From Amoebidium appalachense (taxonomy: Eukaryota; Protista; Ichthyosporea), in NCBI GenBank assembly GCA_963693365.1, contig CAVNZM010000014.1:2604001-2668000 (forward strand): a DNA stretch of 64,000 bases, read 5' to 3'. Both the position numbers and the translations under genes were made by a program. Position 1 is the stretch's first letter. Each line of letters starts with the position of its first letter. The notes under the pieces were generated by a model. It ran no database searches. It worked only from the letters and a program-made list of their open reading frames with translations, and was not told the origin of the DNA. Below, piece by piece: positions 53,957 through 64,000 of this stretch.

Positions 53957-55899
53957 TCTCTGTAACATCACTTATTAGTTATTAATTATACTCCTCAAAG
54001 TTTCTTTCCCCCTTCCCCTACCTTTTTTACGTCCACCACCCGACGCCTCCACCCTTCTGCCCTTTATCGCTTTTTTAATCGTTTTCTCCTTCTCCCGTGG
54101 CTGCCCTCAATATAGCCCCATTTAGTTCTTTATCCTCACTCCTTTGTTTCATCCCATCTCTTGATCCACTTGCCGTGTTCCAGTGCAAAGTTTGCCAAAC
54201 AGCTCTACCACTCAAGGGCTGGAACAGGGACGAGGCCAACGAAAACAATTTTCACTCGTAAAAAAATCGTGGAAAACTGTGGCAATTGCGAAGAAATCTA
54301 GGGTACAGGGAAGGGGGTGGCGTTTCCCCTCGGGGAGGAAAGCCGAGTGTTACAACGAACAAAGCACTTGGTTGTCTTGCCCTAACAAGAAAGACATGGA
54401 GAGGGGCACCCCAATGTCATCCTTTTAAATCAGGAATTTTCAGGCTTCCCACCTTCTTCTGCTGCTACAGCTGCCCGATTCGGTCAGTTTTCGATTTTTT
54501 TTTGGAGCCGAACAGCCTCGCTGGAAGTCTCGGGATCTCTTTTTGTTTTGTCTCTTTAGCTGAGTGTTAGCCTCGTCTGCTCTCTGTCTGAAAAGCAGTC
54601 GCTACAAAAGTTGGCCTACCGGTGGTTAGGCTCTGGCCGGAAGTTCTTTCTTTATGTTATGTTTCGCTGGTGAAGGTGCTGAATAAATTTCCTTCTGCAT
54701 CAAGAAGAAACTACAACTGCACACGGCTTGTATAGATAACCGTCCCAGACTGCATCCACCGATATTCCGAGTTTGGCAACACTATGTTGCCTACATGAAC
54801 TATTATAGCTCAAGATCAACTGCAATCGCTCTCTTTTTCCAAGAACAATCTTCACGAAGTATCCACCATCACTTACAGCAACGTAACAAGACACCCTCAA
54901 TTAAAGACTTTCGGGTAACGATGTTCACCATAAAAATCACACACTATCTTCCAAATTTCAATAAATAAATTAGCACGTAGTATGTACATGTCACAAATCG
55001 CTCAAGCTCAAGTGAACTGAGCCACCTCTGAGCCAGCCGAAATTGAGCACGGGCCGCCTGGTAGATTCCATAAATTCTTTATCAACGACGTTAGCTGATT
55101 GGATAAGAACGCATCAACAGGGTGGGAAAATGAAAACTTTGAAGAAGGAAAAGGGGGAGAAAGGAGGAGAGAAAAAAGAAGGAAAGAAAGAGAAAGATAC
55201 CAAGGAAGGAGAGAGAGAGACTGAACCTCTGCAACGACACTATGTGCCATTGATGCATATATTTTATAATTGTTTTTTCATGTTGCCCTGAATGCATTCT
55301 AACCATGCGCATGCCAGCCCAAGAGAACTCTCATGAGAACGTTACAGGAACATGTGGCCGGCCCTCGACCCAACCACAAAGAAAACAAAGGAGGGGTGAT
55401 ATGGAGGTCCCCTAAACTCAGTCTGGCACTACAAGTGCACTGCCACCAAATTACATCCGTTAAACGCCCCCCCCCCTCCCCCCCCCCCCCCTCCCCCCCT
55501 CCCCCCGCCCCCGGGAGTCAATATCCACTCACATCCCCCTCCTCCGGATCCGAAGCCCTCCCCTCTCTGACCCCCGGCTACCCGGGGCCGCTTTGTGCAC
55601 GCTTCCAACCCCTTCCCCCCCATCCCGCCCCCCCCCCCCCCCCCCCCCCCCCCAACCCCCTCCCCCCCCATCCCGCCCCCCCCCCCCCCCCCCCCCTCCC
55701 CCCCCCCCTCCCCTCCCCGGGATCCCTTCCTCCTTGCCTCCCTCCCATGGCCACCTCATCCCCATTCCCTTCCGCCACAGCGGGGCTCTTTGCCAATTTT
55801 AAAGAATACATACTGGCAGTACTACCACTGCAACACATCGGATCGGCATCAGCATGCAGCAACCTCATCGATATCAACAACCGTTACACAGCGGAGTCA

Positions 55900-56109
55900 C
55901 AGTCACACGTGCACGCACATACAAACACACGCACACACGCACGCACACACGCACGCACACACACTGTGACACATGCACACACGCTGCCACGTGCACACCG
56001 TGGCACACCGCGGACACACACACAAACACGCACGCACACACGCACGCCCGCAGTGAAAGCACGCACACATACATACACACACACACACACACATGCACGC
56101 ACGCACACA

Positions 56110-56166
<57 letters not shown>

Positions 56167-56329
56167 GCACACGCACACACACAGGCACACACACACAGTT
56201 TCACACACACGCACACACACGCGCGCACACACACCATGGGTGTCTCACACAAGTGCACACATGCACGTACACACACACACACACACACCCACGCACACAC
56301 ACGTGTACACACACACACACACATGCACA

Positions 56330-56374
<45 letters not shown>

Positions 56375-56375
56375 G

Positions 56376-56448
<73 letters not shown>

Positions 56449-56528
56449 CCACACACACAGTGTCACACACACGCACACGCGTGCGCACACACACCGTGGG
56501 TGTTGCACACAAACGCACGCATGCACGT

Positions 56529-56604
<76 letters not shown>

Positions 56605-56652
56605 ACACGCACACACAACACGCACACACCCACACACGCACACGCACACAGT

Positions 56653-56726
<74 letters not shown>

Positions 56727-56798
56727 TGACAAACACACACACACACACGTACACACGTACACACACACACATATACACGTGCACAGGCACACACACAC
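55900..56798. repeat. (CA)n/(GA)n microsatellite cluster
   Basis: Interrupted (CA)n arrays. Confidence 0.9.
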
Positions 56799-57418
56799 CG
56801 GCGGCACCCAGCCCTTTGGCCAATCCGGGAACTTGTGACTACGTCATCAACGGGGGTCGTGTTCCTGCTGCCGGCGTAGATCTCGTGATAGTATGTTTAC
56901 ACGCCGCGTGTAGTATCAGTAATTATACACATAAAGGTTTAGTACGAGCACTGAGGGTTTCAGCACGTTACCTGCTTATAGTTATCTTTTTGTACGAGAC
57001 AAATGATTTACATATGTGCACGTAACTTAAAACATATTATTACAGCGTTGAAGGTGACAGCTGCAGCTGGTAGTACCTGTTGCAGTCCTGAGGCTCTACT
57101 GGTAGTAAATAAACATGATAAGTCATAGTACGTATAATCATATGAATCATCTGAGCATCGTTTGCAGTCAGTACCATGGCCACCAGAAACAATGATAACT
57201 TTTTAGCTGCTATCCCTAATGAGTCACTTTTGCAAAGCTTTAATATGTACATACCGGTTTGAATGCCAATGTACACATGTCACCAGATGAGGTGGTCTAC
57301 ATAAATAAAAAAGGTACGTGCCCTTGGCCACGATTAGTACTATCTGGATGAGTAAGCCTTAGGATACTATACCAGCACCGTTATGATGGCACCAGTGTGC
57401 ACAAGGAAATTTGTCTTG

Positions 57419-59068
57419 TTACAAAGAGTTAAGTGTATACGTCATGAAGTAAGCCCACCGATTGTTGCTGTAGCTATATTTAGAGCTGCACGTCTGTTTG
57501 CTCCCCGTCCCCAAACATTCGCCACAGCCAAACGCTGTCTCACCGTTTGCAAGCACGTAGTGTACAACCACCGTCAACACGTCTCCAGGACACTTCAGGC
57601 CGGCAACGGTGGGAAGAGTCAGCTCTGCCGTCGTGGCCTTGACGGTGGTGGCTGCGCCCACACATCCCGTCAGCGTGGGTGTGCCAGTGCACATTTTCGT
57701 AAACATGCCGGGGGTTGGGTAGCCAGCCTTGGGGATGTGCATTTGGCCGCATGCCGCAGCAACGTGCACCTCTGTGATGTGGATGCCGAGTTTGGTGGTG
57801 TCGATTTTGACGCTCAGGTCCAGGCCGCGGCGGGACTCGGGAACCAGCCAATCACTGAGACGCACAGTGCCGGCCGGGTTGTACTGGCCGTAAAGTGAGC
57901 ATTGGTCCACGTACGCAGGCACACAGCGCGGTGTTCCGGTGCTGGCCAGTTTATGGTTTTCAGGGCACTCACATGTGGTGCCCTTGCCGTCGGACTTGTC
58001 GACAAACGTGGGCAGGCACGTGCAGGAAAAACCACCAAAGGTGTTGTTGCAGGTGGCGTGCTCGTGGCAGTTGTTGTCCTTGTCGGCCTCACATTCGTTA
58101 AGGTCACACTCGTAGTTGTTGGTGCTCGGATTGGCCATAGGGTGGTAGTTGTTTGTAGAGTCGCAGCAAAGACGGCCTGGGGGAGGGGCTGTCAGAGGGC
58201 GGTCTTCGTATCCCTGGTTGCACTTGCACGTGTAACCGTCCAGCGTGTTTTCGCACGTGGCGTGCTCGTGGCATTCGTGGCCTCCGGTTTTGCACTCGTT
58301 GGGGTCGCATACGGGCTGGCCCGCGGCGTCAAACATGAAATCATGGGTCGTGTCGTCACAGCAAATTTTCCTGCCGCCCGTAAAACCAGCGTTGCACACA
58401 CACGTGCCACTCAGGCTGTCGCAGTGGGTGTTTCCAGAACAATCCATGGTGAGGCAGGGATCCACATCATTGGTGTTTCCAGATCCATCTTCCTTGGGTG
58501 CTTCAGCACAATACAGCCATCGCTCGTTGTTCTTCGATGCACCGTCCGCGTAGTTGCACGTGCACGCCCCAAATTTATCCGGTTTGTCGGTGGGGGCGTT
58601 AGGGTCCCATGACGTGCATGCCCAAGAAGTCTGGTCGCTTGCACCGTGGGCGAGAATGACGTACTTGTTGTCGGGGCAGGCGATGTCAGTTCCAATGGTG
58701 AGCTCATACTTGTCGTATATGGCATTGGTGAGGTCATGCTGGCCACCCCAGCTGCGCAGGCTGGCGTCTGAGGCCCAGTCCTTCATCTGGCCTGTGCCAG
58801 TGTACCCGTCCAGGTCGGCAAGAGTGCACCCAACGCCGAGATGTGTCGCCTTCCACTTTGCCACGTCGAAGTTGTACTCAATGGTGAGCTTCTGCGCGGT
58901 AGGTTCAACGGTTACCACAAGGGCGCCAGCTTTGGAAAACTGGCCTTCGAAGATGGGGAACTCGGACATTGTGGTGGTTGCAATTGCAGAAGCATCACGC
59001 CGAGCGACAAAGGGAAAAGTCCTGGCTTCTGAAAGGGCTGCAAGCCCCAAAATCATTAAATGACGCAT
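57419..59068 (-). CDS. Secreted EGF-domain protein, 549 aa, intronless
   Basis: Signal peptide; one EGF and two calcium-binding-type EGF repeats (DPNEC...CHEHATCENTLDGYTCKC; DLNEC...CHEHATCNNTFGGFSCTC); related N- and C-terminal ~150-aa domains; no TM segment. Confidence 0.92.
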   Translation of the reverse strand: MRHLMILGLAALSEARTFPFVARRDASAIATTTMSEFPIFEGQFSKAGALVVTVEPTAQKLTIEYNFDVAKWKATHLGVGCTLADLDGYTGTGQMKDWASDASLRSWGGQHDLTNAIYDKYELTIGTDIACPDNKYVILAHGASDQTSWACTSWDPNAPTDKPDKFGACTCNYADGASKNNERWLYCAEAPKEDGSGNTNDVDPCLTMDCSGNTHCDSLSGTCVCNAGFTGGRKICCDDTTHDFMFDAAGQPVCDPNECKTGGHECHEHATCENTLDGYTCKCNQGYEDRPLTAPPPGRLCCDSTNNYHPMANPSTNNYECDLNECEADKDNNCHEHATCNNTFGGFSCTCLPTFVDKSDGKGTTCECPENHKLASTGTPRCVPAYVDQCSLYGQYNPAGTVRLSDWLVPESRRGLDLSVKIDTTKLGIHITEVHVAAACGQMHIPKAGYPTPGMFTKMCTGTPTLTGCVGAATTVKATTAELTLPTVAGLKCPGDVLTVVVHYVLANGETAFGCGECLGTGSKQTCSSKYSYSNNRWAYFMTYTLNSL

Positions 59069-59138
59069 GTTGTCTCTTGTTCACGGTTTTGCTTGCCTAC
59101 ACTGTAGTTGTGTATTCATGTGTGTGAAATGGAGTTGC

Positions 59139-59145
59139 TTATATA
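59139..59145 (-). promoter_or_regulatory. TATA box of EGF protein gene
   Basis: TATATAA 77 nt upstream of the ATG, similar spacing to the other intronless secreted genes. Confidence 0.55.
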
Positions 59146-59880
59146 CTTTTGACCTTGGGAAGTTGGGATGCGGCATGTGGGAAATCTATGACGCTGGCAA
59201 CATCTGCCAACCAGCCCACTCAAACGATTGGTTCTTTTTATCAATGCGAAAATGGGGTACTGGTGCACACGCACACTGTGTCGAAACCAGGTAGCTATAG
59301 CCACTAAAAATTCTTAAACTAATATGAATCTACACAGGAAGAAAAATGAAACTTTTTATGTTTATGAGATTTAACATTTTTTACACACATGGTGCTCCGG
59401 TTTTCGCGATAATTTGGGTGGTTCACTTATTTAATTTGCTTCCTTCATGCAAAGGTTCCAACGCTTCAATTTTCATTGGAATAAGCTCACGCTTATGCTG
59501 TCACCGAGCTACTGTATGCTAGGTGGTTCTATAACTAAAACTGTAAGCGCTTCAAAGCGCGGCTGTGTGGTTACTCCAAGCCATATGCCGCGAGTCATAT
59601 GCTTCGCAAGGAGATTTTTTTATTGTATCATATCATTAATAGGCCACATTTTACTTCACTGATAAGTCATTAGCGCCCAAGAAACTCAAATTGCTCATTC
59701 TGCGGGCCTGCGGCCCTGGGGAGACACGGATGATTCCCGGACCCGCGTTCGAATTCTGGGAACAACCGCTAACCAATTGTGTATGAGCGAGATATCCCTT
59801 GGATAGTCGGGCCTATAGACCCCCCTCTCTGATAGACCCCCCTGGCATGCCCCTAGCCTGCCGCACGCATCATGCCAGTC

Positions 59881-60017
59881 ACATCGATTCAGTCGCACAC
59901 ATCGATTCAGTCGCACACATCGATTCAGTCGCACACATCGATTCAGTCGCACACATCGATTCAGTCGCACACATCGATTCAGTCGCACACATCGATTCAG
60001 TCGCACACATCGATTCA
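59881..60017. repeat. Perfect 18-bp tandem array upstream of LINE ORF1
   Basis: ACATCGATTCAGTCGCAC x7 plus 11 nt; no spacers. Confidence 0.95.
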
Positions 60018-60122
60018 AATGTCGCTCTTTATTATCTGCTAATAAATAGTATCCTTCGCGCATCCACCCCTAAACCAGGCCATCCGTGGCCCTAAGGGCC
60101 GGGGAACACCCCCATCCATGTC

Positions 60123-61307
60123 ATGGCACATGCCTATAATCGTTTCAGAACCTCTTTCAAAGTTCCATCTACACCCATCACACATGTGCGACCATTAAAA
60201 CGTCCAGCAGATACACCTACCACAGATGCACAACCAGAAAAACATCGCCTTAGACTAAGCGCAACACCTATTTACAATACACTACCCATTCAGAATAACA
60301 CCACACCACTCCGTAGAAACACAATAACAACCATGCCGAAACTTTCGGTTGATACAGTACTGGCAGAACTTGCCCTCGTTAAGAAACAGCTAAATGAGCT
60401 GTTACCACTCAAGAACATGATAGAAAAACTCCAAACAGAAAATACCCAACTCAAGCTCACCATTGATTCACTCACAGCCCAGCTAAACATTAGTGGATCG
60501 CAAAACCCCAAAACTCATGAGCAAACATCTCGCGACGGAGACATTTCCACCCCAACACAAAACAACACAGGACCGGAAGCACAGCTCCCGGCAGAGTTCC
60601 TAGAATATGCGAACTCTCGTAAAACACCCGAGCTCCGCCAAATTGCCAAGGAAACATATGCCAGCATTCTTGCAGGCAACGAGTACCGCCGCAACTCCCC
60701 TCCCAAACCGCCGGCTAAGGGGAACACCCAAGCAAACGGTAACATCAACATCCCACCCAAATACGAGAGGGTGTATTTCAAAGTCAAGCACGGCAGACGC
60801 CCACACAGGGCCATGTGGTCCATCTTCAAGGCTCTCGGCTTCCGGTGCTCTCGCATCCTTTGTCTGTCCTTCATTGGATACGATGTGCTGGAAGTAGCAG
60901 TACGGGGCGACTATAACCGTGCGTTCATCCGTGACGCGACAAAGGGGTGTGGAAGCTTCTTCACCCACCTCCCAAGCTACGACCCATGCGCGCCGGAAAA
61001 CATTCAGAAAGCAGACAAAGAACGTAAAGTGTCTGCTAAGAATGCGTGCGCCACACGTTGTCGTGTACGCATCAGCAAGGCAAAAGAGTTCCTCGCAAAG
61101 TTGGAAAACGATGCTACGAGCGTGATAGACACGGACACGAAGGAACCAATGTTTTCTGGTGAGAAACTGCTCGAGCGCAAACGCCGATGCGAGATGGAAA
61201 TCGAGCTCTTCTGCGAACTGTTCGCGCTGGCGGAAGGTCGTGCATACGACCCCGTAAGCGACAAGTGGGAACCAACCCCACAGGTGTCGGACCAAACCGA
61301 TGCCTAA
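60123..61307 (+). CDS. LINE ORF1 protein, 394 aa
   Basis: Heptad coiled coil (LAELALVKKQLNEL...LQTENTQLKLTIDSLTAQL), TYASIL motif, RRM-like YERVYFKV...ILCLSFIGYDVLEVAV; overlaps ORF2 start by 8 nt. Confidence 0.88.
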   Translation: MAHAYNRFRTSFKVPSTPITHVRPLKRPADTPTTDAQPEKHRLRLSATPIYNTLPIQNNTTPLRRNTITTMPKLSVDTVLAELALVKKQLNELLPLKNMIEKLQTENTQLKLTIDSLTAQLNISGSQNPKTHEQTSRDGDISTPTQNNTGPEAQLPAEFLEYANSRKTPELRQIAKETYASILAGNEYRRNSPPKPPAKGNTQANGNINIPPKYERVYFKVKHGRRPHRAMWSIFKALGFRCSRILCLSFIGYDVLEVAVRGDYNRAFIRDATKGCGSFFTHLPSYDPCAPENIQKADKERKVSAKNACATRCRVRISKAKEFLAKLENDATSVIDTDTKEPMFSGEKLLERKRRCEMEIELFCELFALAEGRAYDPVSDKWEPTPQVSDQTDA

Positions 61308-64000
61308 TTTATCCTTCTTCTTCTGGAATGCTCGGACACTGGGCCCCCAAAAGGGCCTCCCCCCCGGGACACTCGACGATAAAATCAGCTACATACAACA
61401 ACAGACAAACAACCACACGTTTACAGTGATTTGCGAAACACAGTTTAAAAACCACCACAAATTCAACTCTACATTGGTCGACACATCCACACACCCCGGT
61501 TACGCGAAAAACCGAGGCATTATTGTACTTGCCGCACCACACGTGAGAGTGAAGTGCAAACCGGTAGCAAAAACGGAATTCTCGGTTTCTATAGAGTTTC
61601 TTTCTAATGTTTTTACTTTTGTATATTACCCACCATCTATGTCGGTTGTCGAATTGACTCACGAGTTGTCACAGTTACCAATGTCCACTGTTATTTTAGG
61701 TGATTTTAACACGCGACTCCACCACACAGACACACTGCAAGTGAGTGTCGGGTACCCATCTAAGCCCCCGGAGCGTGCTATCCCTTTAGCAAGGTATGTC
61801 CAAAGTCACACTTTGCGGTTCCCTCAAATATCCCATGCCCACAACACCGACTGGGGAGTGGCCTTTTGGCCATCAACCATGTCAAAACTCTCTCTCCCTC
61901 CTAACCTCTCTAGGTCATCTGACCACTCTCCTATCCTTTTCCTACCTAAGATCTCCCTTGATCTGCTCCCCCCTCCCCCTCCCACCTTTCGCCTCCGTCT
62001 ATCCCAGCTTAAGTCACAGTGGGGTAGAGTTGATGTATGTGTATGCTATGCTACGAAACACCCTATATATATGCGCCTATTAGAATCTGCACAAGCCAGG
62101 CCAGATTCACATCTCGTACTAGATACATGCACTAACTTTATTGTTGATGATTTGATAGATCTCGGTGATTATGCTGGCGGTGGTAGGAAGGAATATCCCG
62201 ATGCTCTCTTGTTACCAAACACCACTCCCGCTAGACTAGGTGAACCCCTGTCTCAAAAGGAAAGCTTGCGCCGGCTTGCTAGTATGAATCGATTTGGCCC
62301 CCCTGCTCGTATTATTGGTGATACCACTGGAGACCCCCTCATAGACTCTGATAAGTATTTCTCGGAACTGTTTAAAGATAGGACCCCCGCTCAGAAACCT
62401 ATTGTGTGGCCTGTAGACCCATCTATCCCCATAGAATCGATCCTCCCCTTTTTCAGTCCCGATGCCATATGGTCTGTGATATCTAGTTATAGCTCTAGTA
62501 AGTCTTGTGGACCTGATGGACTCCCTGCTGGGTTTCTTAAAATCCTTGTTCCCTCCTACCCACAAAAGGAAAGTGATCGTGCTATTAAACCTGATCTTAC
62601 TATCATGTTAAGCTCTCTCTTTTCTTGGTGTGTTAAATGTGGACATGTCCCGTCATCTTGGTTAGATACCTTAGTGATCCCCATAGTTAAGAAGGACTCT
62701 GAGGGCCCCATATCATCCTTTCGCCCCATTACACTAACCCAGGTTGTTCGTAGATTCTTTGAAGCTTGCTTACTTAGGTTATTTGCACATCACCCTAGGT
62801 TTCAATCTATTCTTCACATACACCCATGCCAATCCGCTTTTCGTAAAAACAATTCATGTTATGTTCAAATAATGGCACTGCACGATTCTATGCAAGTTGG
62901 TGCACAATATGTTGGCTTTATTGATTGGAAAACTGCTTACGATTCTGTCTCCCCTGGTCTCCTATGGGAAAAGCTTGCTGCACGGGGTGTACCACACTGC
63001 ATTGGTGTTCTGTTAGAAGCACTCTTGTCTCAAACCTATGGTAGAGCTGTGGTTAATGGGCATCTTTCATATGGTTTTGCTCGTACTAGAGGTCTCTTGC
63101 AGGGTTCATTGCTTAGCCCCTTTTTGTTTAACCTATTTATAGATGATTTGGCTGTCAAGATTTACGCCGAAAACGATGACCCTATTAATAACTTTCCGCC
63201 TGCACTTCTCTATGCTGATGATCTGTCCCTCCTTGCCCGTACCCCTAGACGCCTGCAAAGATTGTTCGATGTAGTGTCAGAGTGGTGCAAGGCAAACCTT
63301 ATGATCCTTAACATAGACAAATGTGGTGTTCTTGTACCTGATATAGCTAACAATTTACACACATTTACATTATCATCTAAACCTGTACCTATAGTTCCAG
63401 AATACAAATATCTTGGTGTTCCGGTTGATTCTGTTGGTGTTATGTTTCCCCATATGGTCGAAAAGAGGGTAGAGTTGGCTCGTAAGCGGTTAGCTTTCTT
63501 CTCGGCTAATATTTTTAAAGACACACCCCTCCATCCTTCTATTAGACTTACATTTATTCGCACTTTTGTCTTCCCGGCATGTGAATATGGTTTACCCCTT
63601 CTCGCCGCTTGGATCAAGAAAGAGAGAACTAGAGCGCTTAAACCCTTGGCAAATTTCCTTGAAGCAGAAGTTGCCTCCTTTCTATCTAACAACTGTTGTA
63701 AACCTGGGCCTGTAACGCTCTCGATATATGGTCTGGTCCCAATAGCTGCTAGAGTATCCTATCTCGCGCTGAAATTCAATAAGCACATAAGCCGCTTAAA
63801 GAAGTATTTGCCCTCCCACCCTCTCTTCTCTATCCGACCTGTCCCCTCCTCACCTCTCCCCTCTTTCCTCCCCTCTCTCTCCCCTTCTCCCCTGGGCACA
63901 AATACAAATAAACCCCGCAATAGTGTGTGTGTGATTTTGGACTGCCACTTACTTATTAAACATGTACACAATCACAAGATAATCACGCAATATAACAAAT
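61300..64000 (+). CDS. LINE ORF2: AP endonuclease + reverse transcriptase (partial, no stop in window)
   Basis: Hand translation from ATG 61300 is open for 900 codons. APE motifs: WNARTL, ICETQ, YYPP, ILGDFN, SDHSPI. RT motifs: KSCGPDG, FRPITL, QSAFR, FIDWKTAYDSV, GLLQGSLLSPFLFN, YADD (63211-63222), YKYLGV. Absent from the ORF track because it has no stop. Confidence 0.96.
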   Translation, partial: MPNLSFFFWNARTLGPQKGLPPGTLDDKISYIQQQTNNHTFTVICETQFKNHHKFNSTLVDTSTHPGYAKNRGIIVLAAPHVRVKCKPVAKTEFSVSIEFLSNVFTFVYYPPSMSVVELTHELSQLPMSTVILGDFNTRLHHTDTLQVSVGYPSKPPERAIPLARYVQSHTLRFPQISHAHNTDWGVAFWPSTMSKLSLPPNLSRSSDHSPILFLPKISLDLLPPPPPTFRLRLSQLKSQWGRVDVCVCYATKHPIYMRLLESAQARPDSHLVLDTCTNFIVDDLIDLGDYAGGGRKEYPDALLLPNTTPARLGEPLSQKESLRRLASMNRFGPPARIIGDTTGDPLIDSDKYFSELFKDRTPAQKPIVWPVDPSIPIESILPFFSPDAIWSVISSYSSSKSCGPDGLPAGFLKILVPSYPQKESDRAIKPDLTIMLSSLFSWCVKCGHVPSSWLDTLVIPIVKKDSEGPISSFRPITLTQVVRRFFEACLLRLFAHHPRFQSILHIHPCQSAFRKNNSCYVQIMALHDSMQVGAQYVGFIDWKTAYDSVSPGLLWEKLAARGVPHCIGVLLEALLSQTYGRAVVNGHLSYGFARTRGLLQGSLLSPFLFNLFIDDLAVKIYAENDDPINNFPPALLYADDLSLLARTPRRLQRLFDVVSEWCKANLMILNIDKCGVLVPDIANNLHTFTLSSKPVPIVPEYKYLGVPVDSVGVMFPHMVEKRVELARKRLAFFSANIFKDTPLHPSIRLTFIRTFVFPACEYGLPLLAAWIKKERTRALKPLANFLEAEVASFLSNNCCKPGPVTLSIYGLVPIAARVSYLALKFNKHISRLKKYLPSHPLFSIRPVPSSPLPSFLPSLSPSPLGTNTNKPRNSVCVILDCHLLIKHVHNHKIITQYNK

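Larger units (their letters stand above)
59700..64000 (+). mobile_element. Apparently intact non-LTR retrotransposon (LINE, ORF1 + APE-RT ORF2), continues past the window
   Basis: GC-rich leader, two overlapping uninterrupted ORFs; 5' boundary approximate. Confidence 0.93.

Noticed and set aside
55333-56838. 501-aa ORF
   Set aside because: Mostly poly-C and (CA)n translation with no domain signal
59690-59785. HDV-like ribozyme or Pol III B-box at the LINE 5' end (stem TTCCCGGA/TCTGGGAA, GTTCGAATTC, GCTAA)
   Set aside because: Could not build P1/P1.1/P3 of the nested double pseudoknot by hand and found no A-box; needs an Infernal/RNArobo search
59881-60017. Possible CRISPR array next to a reverse transcriptase
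   Set aside because: Head-to-tail repeats with no spacers, no cas genes, eukaryotic LINE context

Overview
Eukaryotic (opisthokont-like) genomic DNA saturated with microsatellites ((CA)n/(GT)n, (CT)n, (TA)n) and long poly-C/poly-G runs; almost all ORFs in the supplied track are repeat artefacts. Real genes reconstructed by hand: a 21-exon Sec23 gene (minus, 25522-44344, 764 aa); a 10-exon four-CBS-domain gene (minus, 46280-53956, 306 aa) with a tRNA-Leu(CAG) in one intron; two intronless secreted Cys-rich repeat paralogues (2564-3169, 21298-21921) plus a truncated third copy (18176); and an intronless secreted EGF protein whose EGF repeats are bracketed by two copies of an unnamed domain (57419-59068). 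Mobile DNA: an apparently intact two-ORF APE-RT LINE running off the right end, with a perfect 18-bp array upstream of ORF1; a 5'-truncated relative whose stop codon is followed directly by (CA)35; a complete 705-bp TRIM-type mini LTR element with tRNA-Arg PBS, PPT and 4-bp TSD; and several MITEs, including a 33-bp TIR element with an 8-bp TSD. Three Sec23 introns carry tandem duplications of their own branch-point/3' splice-site region. All calls were made by eye; no searches were run.
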